The notes below the pieces were generated by a model that saw only the letters and a program-made list of their open reading frames with translations, did not search any database and was not told the DNA's origin. A stretch of 63,433 nt of DNA, filler included, from Saprolegnia diclina VS20 (Eukaryota): the NCBI RefSeq assembly GCF_000281045.1. It is 6 parts of 4 records of this genome, joined end to end, with 100 filler letters (N's around TTAATTAATTAA, not from the genome) between each part and the next. Parts side by side here need not be neighbours in the genome. Positions count along the whole stretch, not along the records: positions 35,714 to 46,805 come from NW_008246168.1; positions 46,906 to 57,662 come from NW_008246169.1; 4 more parts are not named here. One strand, 5' to 3'. A program made the position numbers and the translations under genes. Shown here one piece after another: positions 39,001-48,412 of this stretch (the first letter of the stretch is position 1; the number at the start of each line of letters is the position of its first letter).

Positions 39001-41805
39001 CACCTTGCCGGGCCAATGGCGAAGAACTGTCGAAATGAGGCCGAAATGCATGTGCTGCGCAATCTCGACCGTCGATGCGGCCGGAAACTCCATGCGCTTG
39101 CCGTGGCGCAGTGGCTCCAGTCGGTTGTTGATGGCGCGGGCGACTTGAATTGGCACCATCGCGAGCAGCTCCAAAAACCAGCGCACGAGCGGCACGCGGG
39201 CGCGAGGAATGCGCTGGACAGCTTTAGGGTCATCACGCGGATACGTGGTGCAGTCTTTGGCCAGCTGCAATGTGCGTAGCTCCTTCGCAAGGTCTTGCAG
39301 CTGCGTCATCGTATGGTCGAGTAGCGTCTTTAGCTGTGTTTCTTGGTGTATGTCCTTCGTCGCCACGTGAATGCAAAAGCTATTGGGTAGCAGAGATTGT
39401 GCTTTTTCTCCGTCGGCGTAAATCGTTGGTGACACGGGGAATTTTTCGAGCACGTGGAAGAGCGGTGTGAGCGCGTGCTGGTTCTGGGTGCGGTCGAGGT
39501 CCGTCTCGACTTCAGGGCTGTACATCCATTCGGTTTCGTCGAATTGCAGTGACACCTTGAACGCTCGCGTCTCCATCGACACTTGGTTCAAAAACACGAG
39601 CGTCGACGTGCCGTAGTACGCCATCGCAGTCGTCGTGTTCCAATCCCAGTCATCGTCCAGTGCCACCACCGTCGCAGCCCCAAACTCCATGCCGGACGAC
39701 GTCATCAACGGTTCGACGCGCACCGCGTTCGATGCGCTATCTTTCGAGAGCACCAGCACGACGTTTGGATTCCACTTGAGCACGCGCTTCCCGCTCAAGT
39801 TGATGTCGTTTGAGATCGCTCGGGTCGTAAGTGAATACGTGCGCGCGCTGCTGTCGTGCTTGTCGTTTTCTACCACCAGTATGCGCGGTGCATCGGTCGT
39901 CCCACACAAGAGGAGGTGCTGGACGTTCGTGGGATTGAAGCTTGCGAGGTTGTAGTCCTTGAGCACTTTCATGCGCTCCCATGTTGCGTTGAGCTGGTAC
40001 ATGACGAGATTCGTGTCAGAGTGCAGCAGCGCCAGCCTACGCGTCGACGGGTCATAGTCCCCCCGAAGCACCGTTCGTTGCGACGTCTCGGTCTTGATGA
40101 GGCGAGCGAGCGCATCTTGCTGAAGGCGGTGCGTTTCGAGAGCCACGCCGCCCTGGGGGTGTCGGTAGACGACGAGCGCATTCGATTGTTCTATCGCGCA
40201 AACGACCACGTCGGCGCCCAGTGGGAGCTGAATGCGAAAGGCAGTCGCGTCCGGGTAGCGCGTCAAGTGCAGAAGCGTCGCACGCTTTTCACCATCCGCG
40301 AGCGTGTAGCGGGCGAACGACACCCCATACGTCTTGCTTCGTGCGGTAACAGTGCCGACAGCGAGTTGGGGTGCTGCCTCGTCATGGTACGCGTTGTGCT
40401 TGGCGAGGACGTCGCGAAACAACGTACGGACAAGCTTGGTGCGCGCTGTCTGGAGTCGTGCGCTCCAGTCCGTTGCTTGGAGCTGACGTTGGACCGTGTA
40501 GCCGACGTAGCTTTCCCCAAGCTCGTGAGCGAGCATGTTCTTCCACTTGGCCAACTCGGCATCAAGACGCTGGCGGTGAGGTGACGCAGACGTCCGTGAC
40601 ATGAATGCGCTTTGCGCCAAGTACGGTCGCTGCAGCGGCCGACCGCTGCGGGCGACGGGGTTGGAGCGGCGCAGAAACTCTTGGTACTCGCCGTCCATCA
40701 AGACAGCGACCGCGGGACGAAAGTCCAACCGCTTGGCAACGTCCGGCTCGAGCTCGCGGAGAATTCTGTCCATCGCCTTCATTGCATCGGTCTCGGATGC
40801 AATTGTCGCACCCGGTGCAACGCAAAAAAGCGTCGGAGCCAGCGCCAGCAGCTTGTTGTGAACGCGGTCGAGCGCCGTTTGGGCTACTGCCATGCATCGT
40901 TGGTGCTCCTGCAACTTGAGAGACTGTTCGGTCAGTTCCTGCGACGGGTACGCATGCCGTTCTTTAAGTACGGCCTTCATGAGCTCCAAGGGCAGCGACG
41001 GCGCGTGGAGGCGCTGCGTCACTTGCTGTGTCCAGAACCACGCTGCAAACTTGTTCGACCGCTCAAAATTCTGCGTCTTGTAGTTCGTGTCAAGGTAATG
41101 CGCTTCCGACGTCGTCATCGTGACGAACGACGAGTTGTTGTCGTGCAATGGTAGCAAAGACCCGAAGCCGCGGCTCTTGTCGTCGCTGGTCAGTGCCGTC
41201 GTCGACTCGAGTGGCTTGCATTCGGTCACGGCGTCCACAACCGTCGTTTCGTGCACTTGAAGGTCCGACATGAGCATCGAGTCGTCAGACTCAGAGGACA
41301 CGACGTCTGCTGCGTTTTGGATGTGGCGCCACTCGCTATCGCCGAGGCAGTAGATAATTTTCGACGTAAGTGACGTGAGGAACCGCAGCGCAAAGGTGGT
41401 GCGCTCCGTAAGGTTTGGCGGCTCGTAGGCCGTGACCGGGAGCCAAGAAAAAAGAACGATATGACCCGTGCCGCGATCATGAATCGCGTACACACCGTCA
41501 GCAGTTGCAGTGGCCACCACGTCATCGGACCAAACCCCAAGTTTTAGGAGTTCGGTTCGAACGGCGGCTTGCAACCCGAAGCAGCCGATGACGTCCACAT
41601 GCGCGTCGGTGTCCTCGTCCGGTGAAAGAAGATGCTGCAATGCGTCGACGACCGTTGTCGCGCCGCCGCTGAAGCCGAGGGACTGGAGCAGCGGAAGAAC
41701 GCTATTCTCGACCAAGGTGGGCTGGAAGAGCGTTTGGTCGTGGTCGAGCACGACGTCGAAGTCAAGTAGCTGAACGCAGGTCGATGAAGCTGGTTTGATG
41801 GCCAT
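36097..41805 (-). CDS. Giant intronless protein (1902 aa): GBP/atlastin/VLIG-like GTPase + Cys/His-rich zinc-finger array + degenerate vWA domain
   Basis: G1 GKQSTGKS (38959-38982), G2 GARCTDGAW, G3 DFEGLGS.ER...EDVLL, G4-like NVRDV. About 430 aa of C-x3-C/H-x-C repeats (NF-X1-like). C-terminal HVLFVLSSSSAS..W..L...DVISIATF...PVIIFFTAD...FCLGFG vWA fold. Confidence 0.85.
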   Translation of the reverse strand: MAIKPASSTCVQLLDFDVVLDHDQTLFQPTLVENSVLPLLQSLGFSGGATTVVDALQHLLSPDEDTDAHVDVIGCFGLQAAVRTELLKLGVWSDDVVATATADGVYAIHDRGTGHIVLFSWLPVTAYEPPNLTERTTFALRFLTSLTSKIIYCLGDSEWRHIQNAADVVSSESDDSMLMSDLQVHETTVVDAVTECKPLESTTALTSDDKSRGFGSLLPLHDNNSSFVTMTTSEAHYLDTNYKTQNFERSNKFAAWFWTQQVTQRLHAPSLPLELMKAVLKERHAYPSQELTEQSLKLQEHQRCMAVAQTALDRVHNKLLALAPTLFCVAPGATIASETDAMKAMDRILRELEPDVAKRLDFRPAVAVLMDGEYQEFLRRSNPVARSGRPLQRPYLAQSAFMSRTSASPHRQRLDAELAKWKNMLAHELGESYVGYTVQRQLQATDWSARLQTARTKLVRTLFRDVLAKHNAYHDEAAPQLAVGTVTARSKTYGVSFARYTLADGEKRATLLHLTRYPDATAFRIQLPLGADVVVCAIEQSNALVVYRHPQGGVALETHRLQQDALARLIKTETSQRTVLRGDYDPSTRRLALLHSDTNLVMYQLNATWERMKVLKDYNLASFNPTNVQHLLLCGTTDAPRILVVENDKHDSSARTYSLTTRAISNDINLSGKRVLKWNPNVVLVLSKDSASNAVRVEPLMTSSGMEFGAATVVALDDDWDWNTTTAMAYYGTSTLVFLNQVSMETRAFKVSLQFDETEWMYSPEVETDLDRTQNQHALTPLFHVLEKFPVSPTIYADGEKAQSLLPNSFCIHVATKDIHQETQLKTLLDHTMTQLQDLAKELRTLQLAKDCTTYPRDDPKAVQRIPRARVPLVRWFLELLAMVPIQVARAINNRLEPLRHGKRMEFPAASTVEIAQHMHFGLISTVLRHWPGKVSVISVMGKQSTGKSYFLNHFSGSSFAVSGARCTDGAWLTYRVLGDELLVVMDFEGLGSFERTMQEDVLLSILNAAVSRCTVFRLETRFDRDLDNMLTSIQQGASLIKDYDPAFKGALLLNVRDVNPPDMQTVKAELGRKLASVRNAGNDFAATMYVGDPKSVLSPGNTNRKYYSALTQMYKFMMHGALRYESGRDYHDCLTLLLAKIKTLDWTSMKSVVKDQKARQWHNKVTAALANGKVPNTGGRLGDLAPLEQTPERLREVYCTEEGVTIDMDPKQVLALDEIVFPLTGKEPLRAMQLCLDVQRKSFLGDKQRTKELDAKFITYWQFAVWLREHRVFCWYQKLSINNRPELEGFESSKCDFQNLAAPCKANCSECHLLCVQMSQHATKPNASATHSCGTDHKCPQFCAHCPALNDARSAPCALMAGHEGHCNCATAGHTCQKICGLQGSRKCDVKCQLPVDHAGSHRCAVKAHLCPHRCEAPSCTAFCSLGFDENHDRHECGATFCCQPCDMPNCFKGGICIGQSHFHEAEHHQCGNSHVCGHECEVPGFCYHRSEPQRGTFVGKESQFEYDVRHVVGERNACNVVLEPGVRNHGGGHKCTAELHSCQEKCPSCNYICELPMGHANRHKTTHGNMVQAAFASLASGRLKISDRTYCVGDSCAPEMCPLLCKELGRGHGHLLRCQYKSKEECEANPTAGRTHSTHTNAQGHAMDSYLHAAYLAEIGWEDAVEDRADRNAFELCPHQCPAPSHSDAPAYCILGAGHTPVTGRNTAGGHEFNCGHVVTGSSQHVLFVLSSSSASEASWVALLASVRACIKKLSPNDVISIATFAYRGGVEYECQPVEAMKGVNFSRCGSIFNYYSSGMKEASAIFSRNVLNQTSRAPVIIFFTADAPRNKDDGAALGAALWADYERLGLRSFCLGFGEGCRAPVTQLANALHGNPWIIATTDALAMAMDDIADHIRSS

Positions 41806-42224
41806 AGTGCAGGTTGCAAAGTGAGGATTGCGATTCGTTTGGCCGGGCTTGATCAAAATTGTATCAACTTCGTGGTATCAACTGATCGTAGTTGATACAA
41901 TTCGGTACCAACCAATCAGATCCATGTGATAAATTCACCAGCCAATGGAAGGCCGCCAGAAAAAGACAGACATGTTTTTGTCCCATCGTGCCTTTGCCGC
42001 CGTCCAAAGTCACAGCAAAAAGGTAAATCGACAGGTGAACCTTAACCACTGACCACGGTCCCGTGCATAGAGCATTCCGGCAGACAAGATGATCGGGGCC
42101 CTCGTGCATCCGCACGCAGCTGGGCGCCACTTGGACAACGCGGCGCGGGCTGCGCTGTCTTTCTGTCAAGAACCGACTTGATGGTTCCGACGTCAACGCC
42201 AATGGGAAAGAGAAGAAAGGGACA

Positions 42225-42288
42225 ACACCTACGGGGCTCGAACCCCGCACCTCCCGCGTGTGAAGCAGGAATCCACGACAAAAGGTGG
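42225..42288 (-). pseudogene. tRNA-Val(CAC)-like relic lacking a D-arm
   Basis: Minus strand: anticodon arm CCTGC-TTCACAC-GCGGG, variable AGGTG, T-arm CGGGG-TTCGAG-CCCCG (6-nt loop), partial acceptor CACCT/AGGTG; only about 13 nt where the D-arm should be. Confidence 0.6.
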
Positions 42289-42891
42289 TCGACTGAGTGC
42301 CATCTGCATCTTGACAGTTTCAGCACGCTTCGCCATGCGACGCCGCCGCCGGATGGCTGCTCGCGTATTCTTCGAGTCGCTGGAGTGTCTTCTACATCAC
42401 GCCCTACTTGTACTGTAGTTGAGAGAAAGGGCCGGAGCATCCGTATACAACTACTGTACTACTGGGTCCGGCGCTCTAATCTTATCGATTTGGTTTGTGA
42501 TCGCCAGCGCAAGCAATTCCTACAAGCGCCACACGCGTGGACGATAGCCTTCGTCAAACCCGCGACATCAGACTAGAGACCAGTATGGTCATGGTCGGCC
42601 ACCCAAAAGTGCGCCACAGTCGTCATTTGTACATATCGAACGTTTTGTTTAAAACACTCTGTCGGGTGGTCCGAGTACATGAGCCTGCGTACGACCTCGC
42701 GCGAGCTATGACTCGGCGAGTGGGGTCAACCAAGGGATGGATCTCTCCGTCCGCAGCTCACTCCCAACGACCAAGTGCTGGAGCCAACTCCCACGCATTC
42801 AGGCGTAGCGCTACGTATGCGAAGTCTTATCATGAAGCGGCAACAATATTCATCAAGCGCCATGGGACGGCAGTTTACAATATATTTATGG

Positions 42892-44761
42892 TCATGCCAG
42901 TTGCTCCGGCATCGTATCGAGCTTGGTGTAGGTAGCCGAACGACGTTTGCGCTCGGTACCAAGGTACCTCCAAAGACCAAACACGCCAATCATGCCAATC
43001 AGTAGCACCCAAAGGACGAGTGCATACGGGTTGGATGGCGCTGGAATCTGGCGCAGACGGAGACCAAGGCCGTCGACGACGTGGCTGTTGCGCTCCACGG
43101 CCTTCTGAAGCGTCTGCTGCATCTCGCGGAGCATCGCAAGCTCCTGTGTCTCGAGCTCGTCGTCCACCGTCTCGTGAAACCCCGCCGCTTGCTTGTGGTG
43201 CGCCGCGTCGATGACGCGCTGTAGCTCGAGGATCTCGCTCTCCGTGTCTTTGAGAATGCCTCGGAGGTTGTGCAGCTTCAAATTGTCGTCATTTTCGCTC
43301 GCGTCGCCAAACCGCCACCCTGGAAGCAGCGCCTCGAGCTCGGTCGGGTCGGCATACGGCACAAAGTGCAGCTGGTTGCACGCGGCAAAGTCCTCGTCGG
43401 CGTCCGTCGTCGAGATGTTGACAAAGGCGAAAAACTGCTCCCGCGAGCGAACGCGGCCGCTGCCGTACGTGTGAATCTCCCGCGCGTCGACGTCACCGGT
43501 AAACGACTGCTGAAACATGAGCCGGAGCCGGTTGTACGCGACGGTTTCTTCGCGGTCGTGCTCGGCTTGCGTCACAAGGCGCGTGACGTTGTCCGTGAAG
43601 CTACATGCGTCCATGAGCCGACACAAAATCATCGCACGGATCTAGCTACCGGTGCTTGTGGCCATCGTCGGTCCAGTTGTGAAAGACGACGTTGCCATGC
43701 CGGCTTGGCGAGTAGAGATCGTACCCCCGCGTCCAGAGCTGGAACGCATGCAGTACCTCTTCGCCATAAAAGACCCAGTTCATGTACGGATCGACGGGCG
43801 CCCGGCGCCACGCATGGCTCTTCCCAAACGAAAAGCCGCCGGCCCACGCGACCGACAAGAGCGGACGCTCAAAATTTTGCGAGATGAGGATGCCCGAATA
43901 GTAGATGACGGCGTTTGCGGCCACGCGCGGCTTGTAGTTGCACACGTGGGAGCCGTAATCGCCATCAAACGTCGCGTTCGCCGAGAGGTGGTTGTAGCCA
44001 AAGGGGTAGTTGGAGAGCACAGCCATTTCGTTGTTGGTCGCGGCCCACTCGGCAATGACCAAGGTATCCCAGTGACGCGTAAACTGCACGTGCGCATCGA
44101 CCATCATGCCAAACTCTTGGTCACCCAGGAGCGCGTGCAGCTGCGCGCGGGCAAGGGTCGGGCCTTTGGACGTTGCCGCCGACCGCACGTCGATCGTGAT
44201 CTGCGATTTGAACTTGCACGGCTCGTTTGGCCACGTCTCGAGCGCGCGGACGCAGTAGGCGTCCACGCAGGCAATGTCGTCGTCCAGCGTCTGGTCTACA
44301 ACGCCAAAGAAGACGTTTTCTGGGTGGACCGCGCGCGAATAGGCCGTCCACAGCGCAAAGCCGCACTTGAACCCATCGCGGTAGGACGCGACGCCGACAA
44401 AGATGTCGCGCTTGTCCGTGAGCCGAGGCGGCGGCGGGCGGAGGTGCGACAGGTCCTTGCGTAGAGGAGTGTGCTGCTCAGTGGTGTCGTAGATCGCCAT
44501 GTACTCGACGCCGCGGACGTCGTACAAGAGTGTCTGCATAGTCTCGTTCGCAACTGAAAAAGTGCAATATCCACAGTCGCAACGCGTGTGATTGGCTCGT
44601 TTCTGCGACGATTGCCAACAAACAAGGCAAACTCGATCGCCTGTGGGCAAGGATACAGACCTTCGCAGCCTCTGTCTCACATGAGTGCACTCGTCCAGCA
44701 ATATATGTATTGCTACGAAAAGAACAATGGCCGCTCCAGTCTCCAATATATATTTGTGCAT
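42892..44761 (-). CDS. GT60-family GlcNAc-transferase (Skp1-hydroxyproline GlcNAc-T/Gnt1-like) with C-terminal coiled coil and TM helix
   Basis: IFVGVASYRD..C...AVHPENVFFGVVDQ, SKGPTLAR, VDAH.QF..HWD, AVLSNYP, WAGGFSF, PVDPYM.WVFYGEE, LWTRGYDLYSP. A gtagct..tgtag intron near 43600-43650 joins the 3' ORF ending in TM YALVLWVLLIGMIGVFGLW. 5' end uncertain. Confidence 0.85.
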
Positions 44762-45897
44762 TTGCCTCGCCGGCTACATTTACCGATCGAATTGCTGCCA
44801 TGTCCACGAGCGTTGGTCACCCCGGCAAGCGTCGGGCTTGGTACGTACGGTACGCAGCGCACGCAAGGGTATCGGATGGGGTAAAGGAAGGCGGGATGCA
44901 GCTTGTCCCACAACGTCATTTCAGTATCGCGGAATGTCGCTAACAAATCGAATCAAAGACGCTCAAATAGGAAGAGGGGGGCGAAGCGTGCGAACTCGAC
45001 GAGTGAGATGGCAAGTCCTCGGACGGGTGTGCGGCCGGTTGCACCAAGCCGACGACAACTGTGGTCTTCACCGTCCCGCATGGCGTACGTACGGACTTGT
45101 GATTGATAACGTTACACCATTACACATCTGATGCGTGGGTGCCGCAAGATTCAAACCGAAAATAGTGTTGGCGGTATCGATGAAAGGTGTGCTTTCAAAG
45201 GAGGCTACCAAAGAGAACGGTGCAAATCTTGCACGCCGTTCATTATCTTCAAGGGATTTCTATATTTTAAATTCCCAGCTTTTCTGGACAAAGTTGATCG
45301 GCCGTGGCAAGGCGATCTAAGGTCTTTGTGGATAGAATGGCACTGCGAATACATGTATCTGCTTTAGCAGCGATTGATGTCGACCCAACGACGGACCTTG
45401 GAGCATCGAAGACGTCATCATACGTTCAAGTCCAGAGATACATGGACGTCGATGTTTCGTGGTCAGCTGGATGCCCTTTCATGAGAAAGGTGAAAGCGAC
45501 TGCTACGACTGCGGTTGCCAGCGCAAGATTCGATCTCCGCAAGGCATGTTGCCGAATCAACGATGAGTATGCATTTTGCACTTGTCCTCAATACATACTA
45601 GTAGCCCATCGATGTGTCATCGAGCAAGCATCGATAATTCCTAGACGTAATTTAAACCAATCAGCGTTCGTGCAACATCGAAAACCCAACTTCAACTTGG
45701 GCTTGGCGCCAAAATGGCCGTTCCGACACGGATATAAACGTTGTCCAATCACACGCGGCGCTGCCTCCAAGCTGTCGCCGCCACTGACAATTATAGCGCA
45801 ACATCGGCAACGTTTATCAGCGCCGAGATCATTCTTCTTTTGACCGTGCGCTTCGCACCTGCCAACAAGCCCAGCGACAACTAGCCACCTCGCCACC

Positions 45898-46805
45898 ATG
45901 CCCAAGAGCCCGAAAGCCAAGAGCCCCACGAACGCGACCGCGACCGCGGCGGCGAGTCCCAAGGCCGGCAACGGCGGCAATGTCACCGAGGCGCTCAAGC
46001 AAGCCTTTGCGACGGCGCCCGAAAACCTCGACGTCGCGGCCGCCAAGGTCGCCGACGTCGTTGCTGGCGCCAAGGACGCCAACCTCGGCGCTGTCACGGA
46101 CCAGCTCAACGCCGCGCTCGTCGACGCCGATGCCGGTACGCGTCAGAGCGCGTGTCACATTGTGACGGCGCTCGCCAAGAAGAAGCTCGCGCGTCTCGAG
46201 CCATACCTCTCGCCGCTCCTCGGCAACGTCCTCGACGGCTACGCCGACAAGAAGATCCAAGTGCGAGGACCCGCCGCCGAGGCCGCCAAGGCCATCGTCG
46301 ACTCGGTCAACCACAATGCGATCCGCGTGCTGTTGCCACACATCTTTGGCGGCATGGACCGTACGAAGAAGTGGCAGACGAAAGAAGGCGCGCTCAACTT
46401 GCTCGCGGAGCTCGCCGACGTGGCGTCTGTCCAGGTCTCGCGCTGCCTCCCCGACATCATCCCGAACGCCACCGAGCAAATGTGGGACACGCGCCCCGAA
46501 GTCAAGAAGGCCGCCCACGCCGTCATGATCAAGGCGTGCAGCACGGCCTCGAACGCCGACATTGAGCCGTTCATTCCCGCGCTCATCTCGTGCATTGCCA
46601 ACCCGGCCGAGGTCTCCGAGTGCGTGCACAAGCTCGCGTCGACGACGTTTGTCAAGACGGTCGAGGCGCCGGCGCTCGCCATCATGGAGCCGCTCCTCGT
46701 CCGTGGTCTCAACGAGAACAAGACGTCGGTCAAGCGCCAGACTGCTGTCATCATCGACAACATGTGCAAGCTCGTCGAAGAGCCTGCGGAAGCACTTCTC
46801 TTTAC
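45898..46805 (+). CDS. eEF3: N-terminal HEAT-repeat part of elongation factor 3 (eEF3), truncated by gap
   Basis: KKWQTKEGAL, MWDTRPEVKKAA, NADIEPFIPALISCIANP.EV.ECVHKLASTTFV, PLLVRGLNE...VKRQTAVIIDNMCKLVEEP: eEF3 signature sequences. Confidence 0.92.
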
Positions 46806-47357
46806 NNNNNNNNNNNNNNNNNNNNNNNNNNNNNNNNNNNNNNNNNNNNTTAATTAATTAANNNNNNNNNNNNNNNNNNNNNNNNNNNNNNNNNNNNNNN
46901 NNNNNGTATCCCGCTTCTTTCCTGAAACGATAACAACACATAACTGGCACCACCACAAAAATTCCTCACATGAAGCAGCAAGGTGAGTTGATCGCTTTTA
47001 TCAAACAGGCGTTGAGGCAGCGTGGACGCCCATCGTCACGCAGTACCGAATTGTAGAGGGTTTGTAAACCTCCGTCCCATGATATGGCCCCGCAGGATGG
47101 ATGCTCCGCACTATGGATCCGGTGCTAATACTGGGATGCACTATACGAAAACGGCTGCTGCATCTGGCAATTGGATGCCGTTTGTGACCAAGATCTTCTT
47201 ACAAACTCGATCTATGGCGCTTTGATTCGAGTTTCTTGTCTGTTACTAATAGTCGCCCCAAGCGCGGCCCGGAAACCCGGAAGCGATGAAAACCCCATAA
47301 ATTTCAACTATCTTGAGCCTTCAGTCTACACCTAACCTACAATGCATACTCTATGTT

Positions 47358-48412
47358 TCATGCTGCGCAAAACGTGACCTGGAACGTTGCGTTGGGGTCG
47401 ACACACGTGTGCACCTTTGTGTTGTCCGCCGGGTACAAGTACGCTTCTTCGCAGCCGTCGGCCAAGCACGTGATCACATCGCACTTGGTGTTGAGCGGTA
47501 CAACGCGCATGGGCAAATTGAAGCCGACTTTGCCGCTGTGCTTTTTGCAGTTGTCAAGACCAACGTTGTGGTCGCACTACACCACTGTATAAGATCTGGG
47601 TACGCACAAGCGAGGTAGAGTGTTACCCCTGGAGGAATGATGCTAATATCGTACGCGACGCGGCCTGCTTCCATGACCGTGGCTTCAAACACTATTTCGC
47701 AGGGAATCCATAAGAGCCATATCCAAGACCAAGTCGCGTCCGTACATGTGGCTTGGTCAAAGCCCCCGTTCGGCGTGTGGTAGTTCGTGCCCGTCTCGTT
47801 GGACGCACATCCATACCGGCCCACATCGAGGTCGCAGAACGCCCAGCGCTTGATGTCGACCGGCTTTTGATAAATGTGCAGCGGCATGCTGCAGTTGTTG
47901 ACAAAGTAGTAGCGCGCTCGCTTCCACGGAACGTCTTCGCCGTTGCCAACGCCGTTGCTGTTGAGGTCTTCGGTGAGCTCAATCGACTCGAGGACCGCGG
48001 TCGGTGCGGGCGTCGGCGTCGGTGTTGGCGCCGGCGTCTCGGGCGCGGTCGCCGCCGACTTGTCCGACGCATTGTCCGACGTCCCGGATCCAAAAACGAG
48101 CACGCCGGCGACGATCGCAAAAACAGCAAAGCACGCAAAGAGCACGAACGGGAGGCGGTACTGCCGCCGCCGGTTCTCATTCGAGTCCTTGACGTCGGGC
48201 GTCGGGTACGCCTTGTGCAGCGGCGGCAGCGTCGCCATTTGAAAGAACGCCGCGATGCTCGAGGTGCGGCCACTCGGGCGGCGCAGCGCCGGCGGCGAGA
48301 AGAGCCACGTGTCGTTCGTCCCGAGCGGCTCGAGCGGCTCGGAATTCCGTGGCGTCGGCACGAGGATGGGCAGCGGCGCCGGGAGGCTGCTGCTGCGGCT
48401 TATCGACGACAT
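47358..48412 (-). CDS. Type II membrane protein with C-terminal small thaumatin-like domain
   Basis: TM LPFVLFACFAVFAIVAGVLVFG, then Pro/Thr stalk, then FVNNCS, ATLFEAT, YDISII and, after splicing, GFNLPMRVVP..C..ITCLADGCEEAYLYPADNTKVHTC...FQVTFCAA*. Confidence 0.8.

Noticed and set aside
45829..46629. Long antisense ORFs opposite eEF3, COG4, globin, PX and others
   Set aside because: Expected by-product of GC3-rich codon usage on the coding strand.
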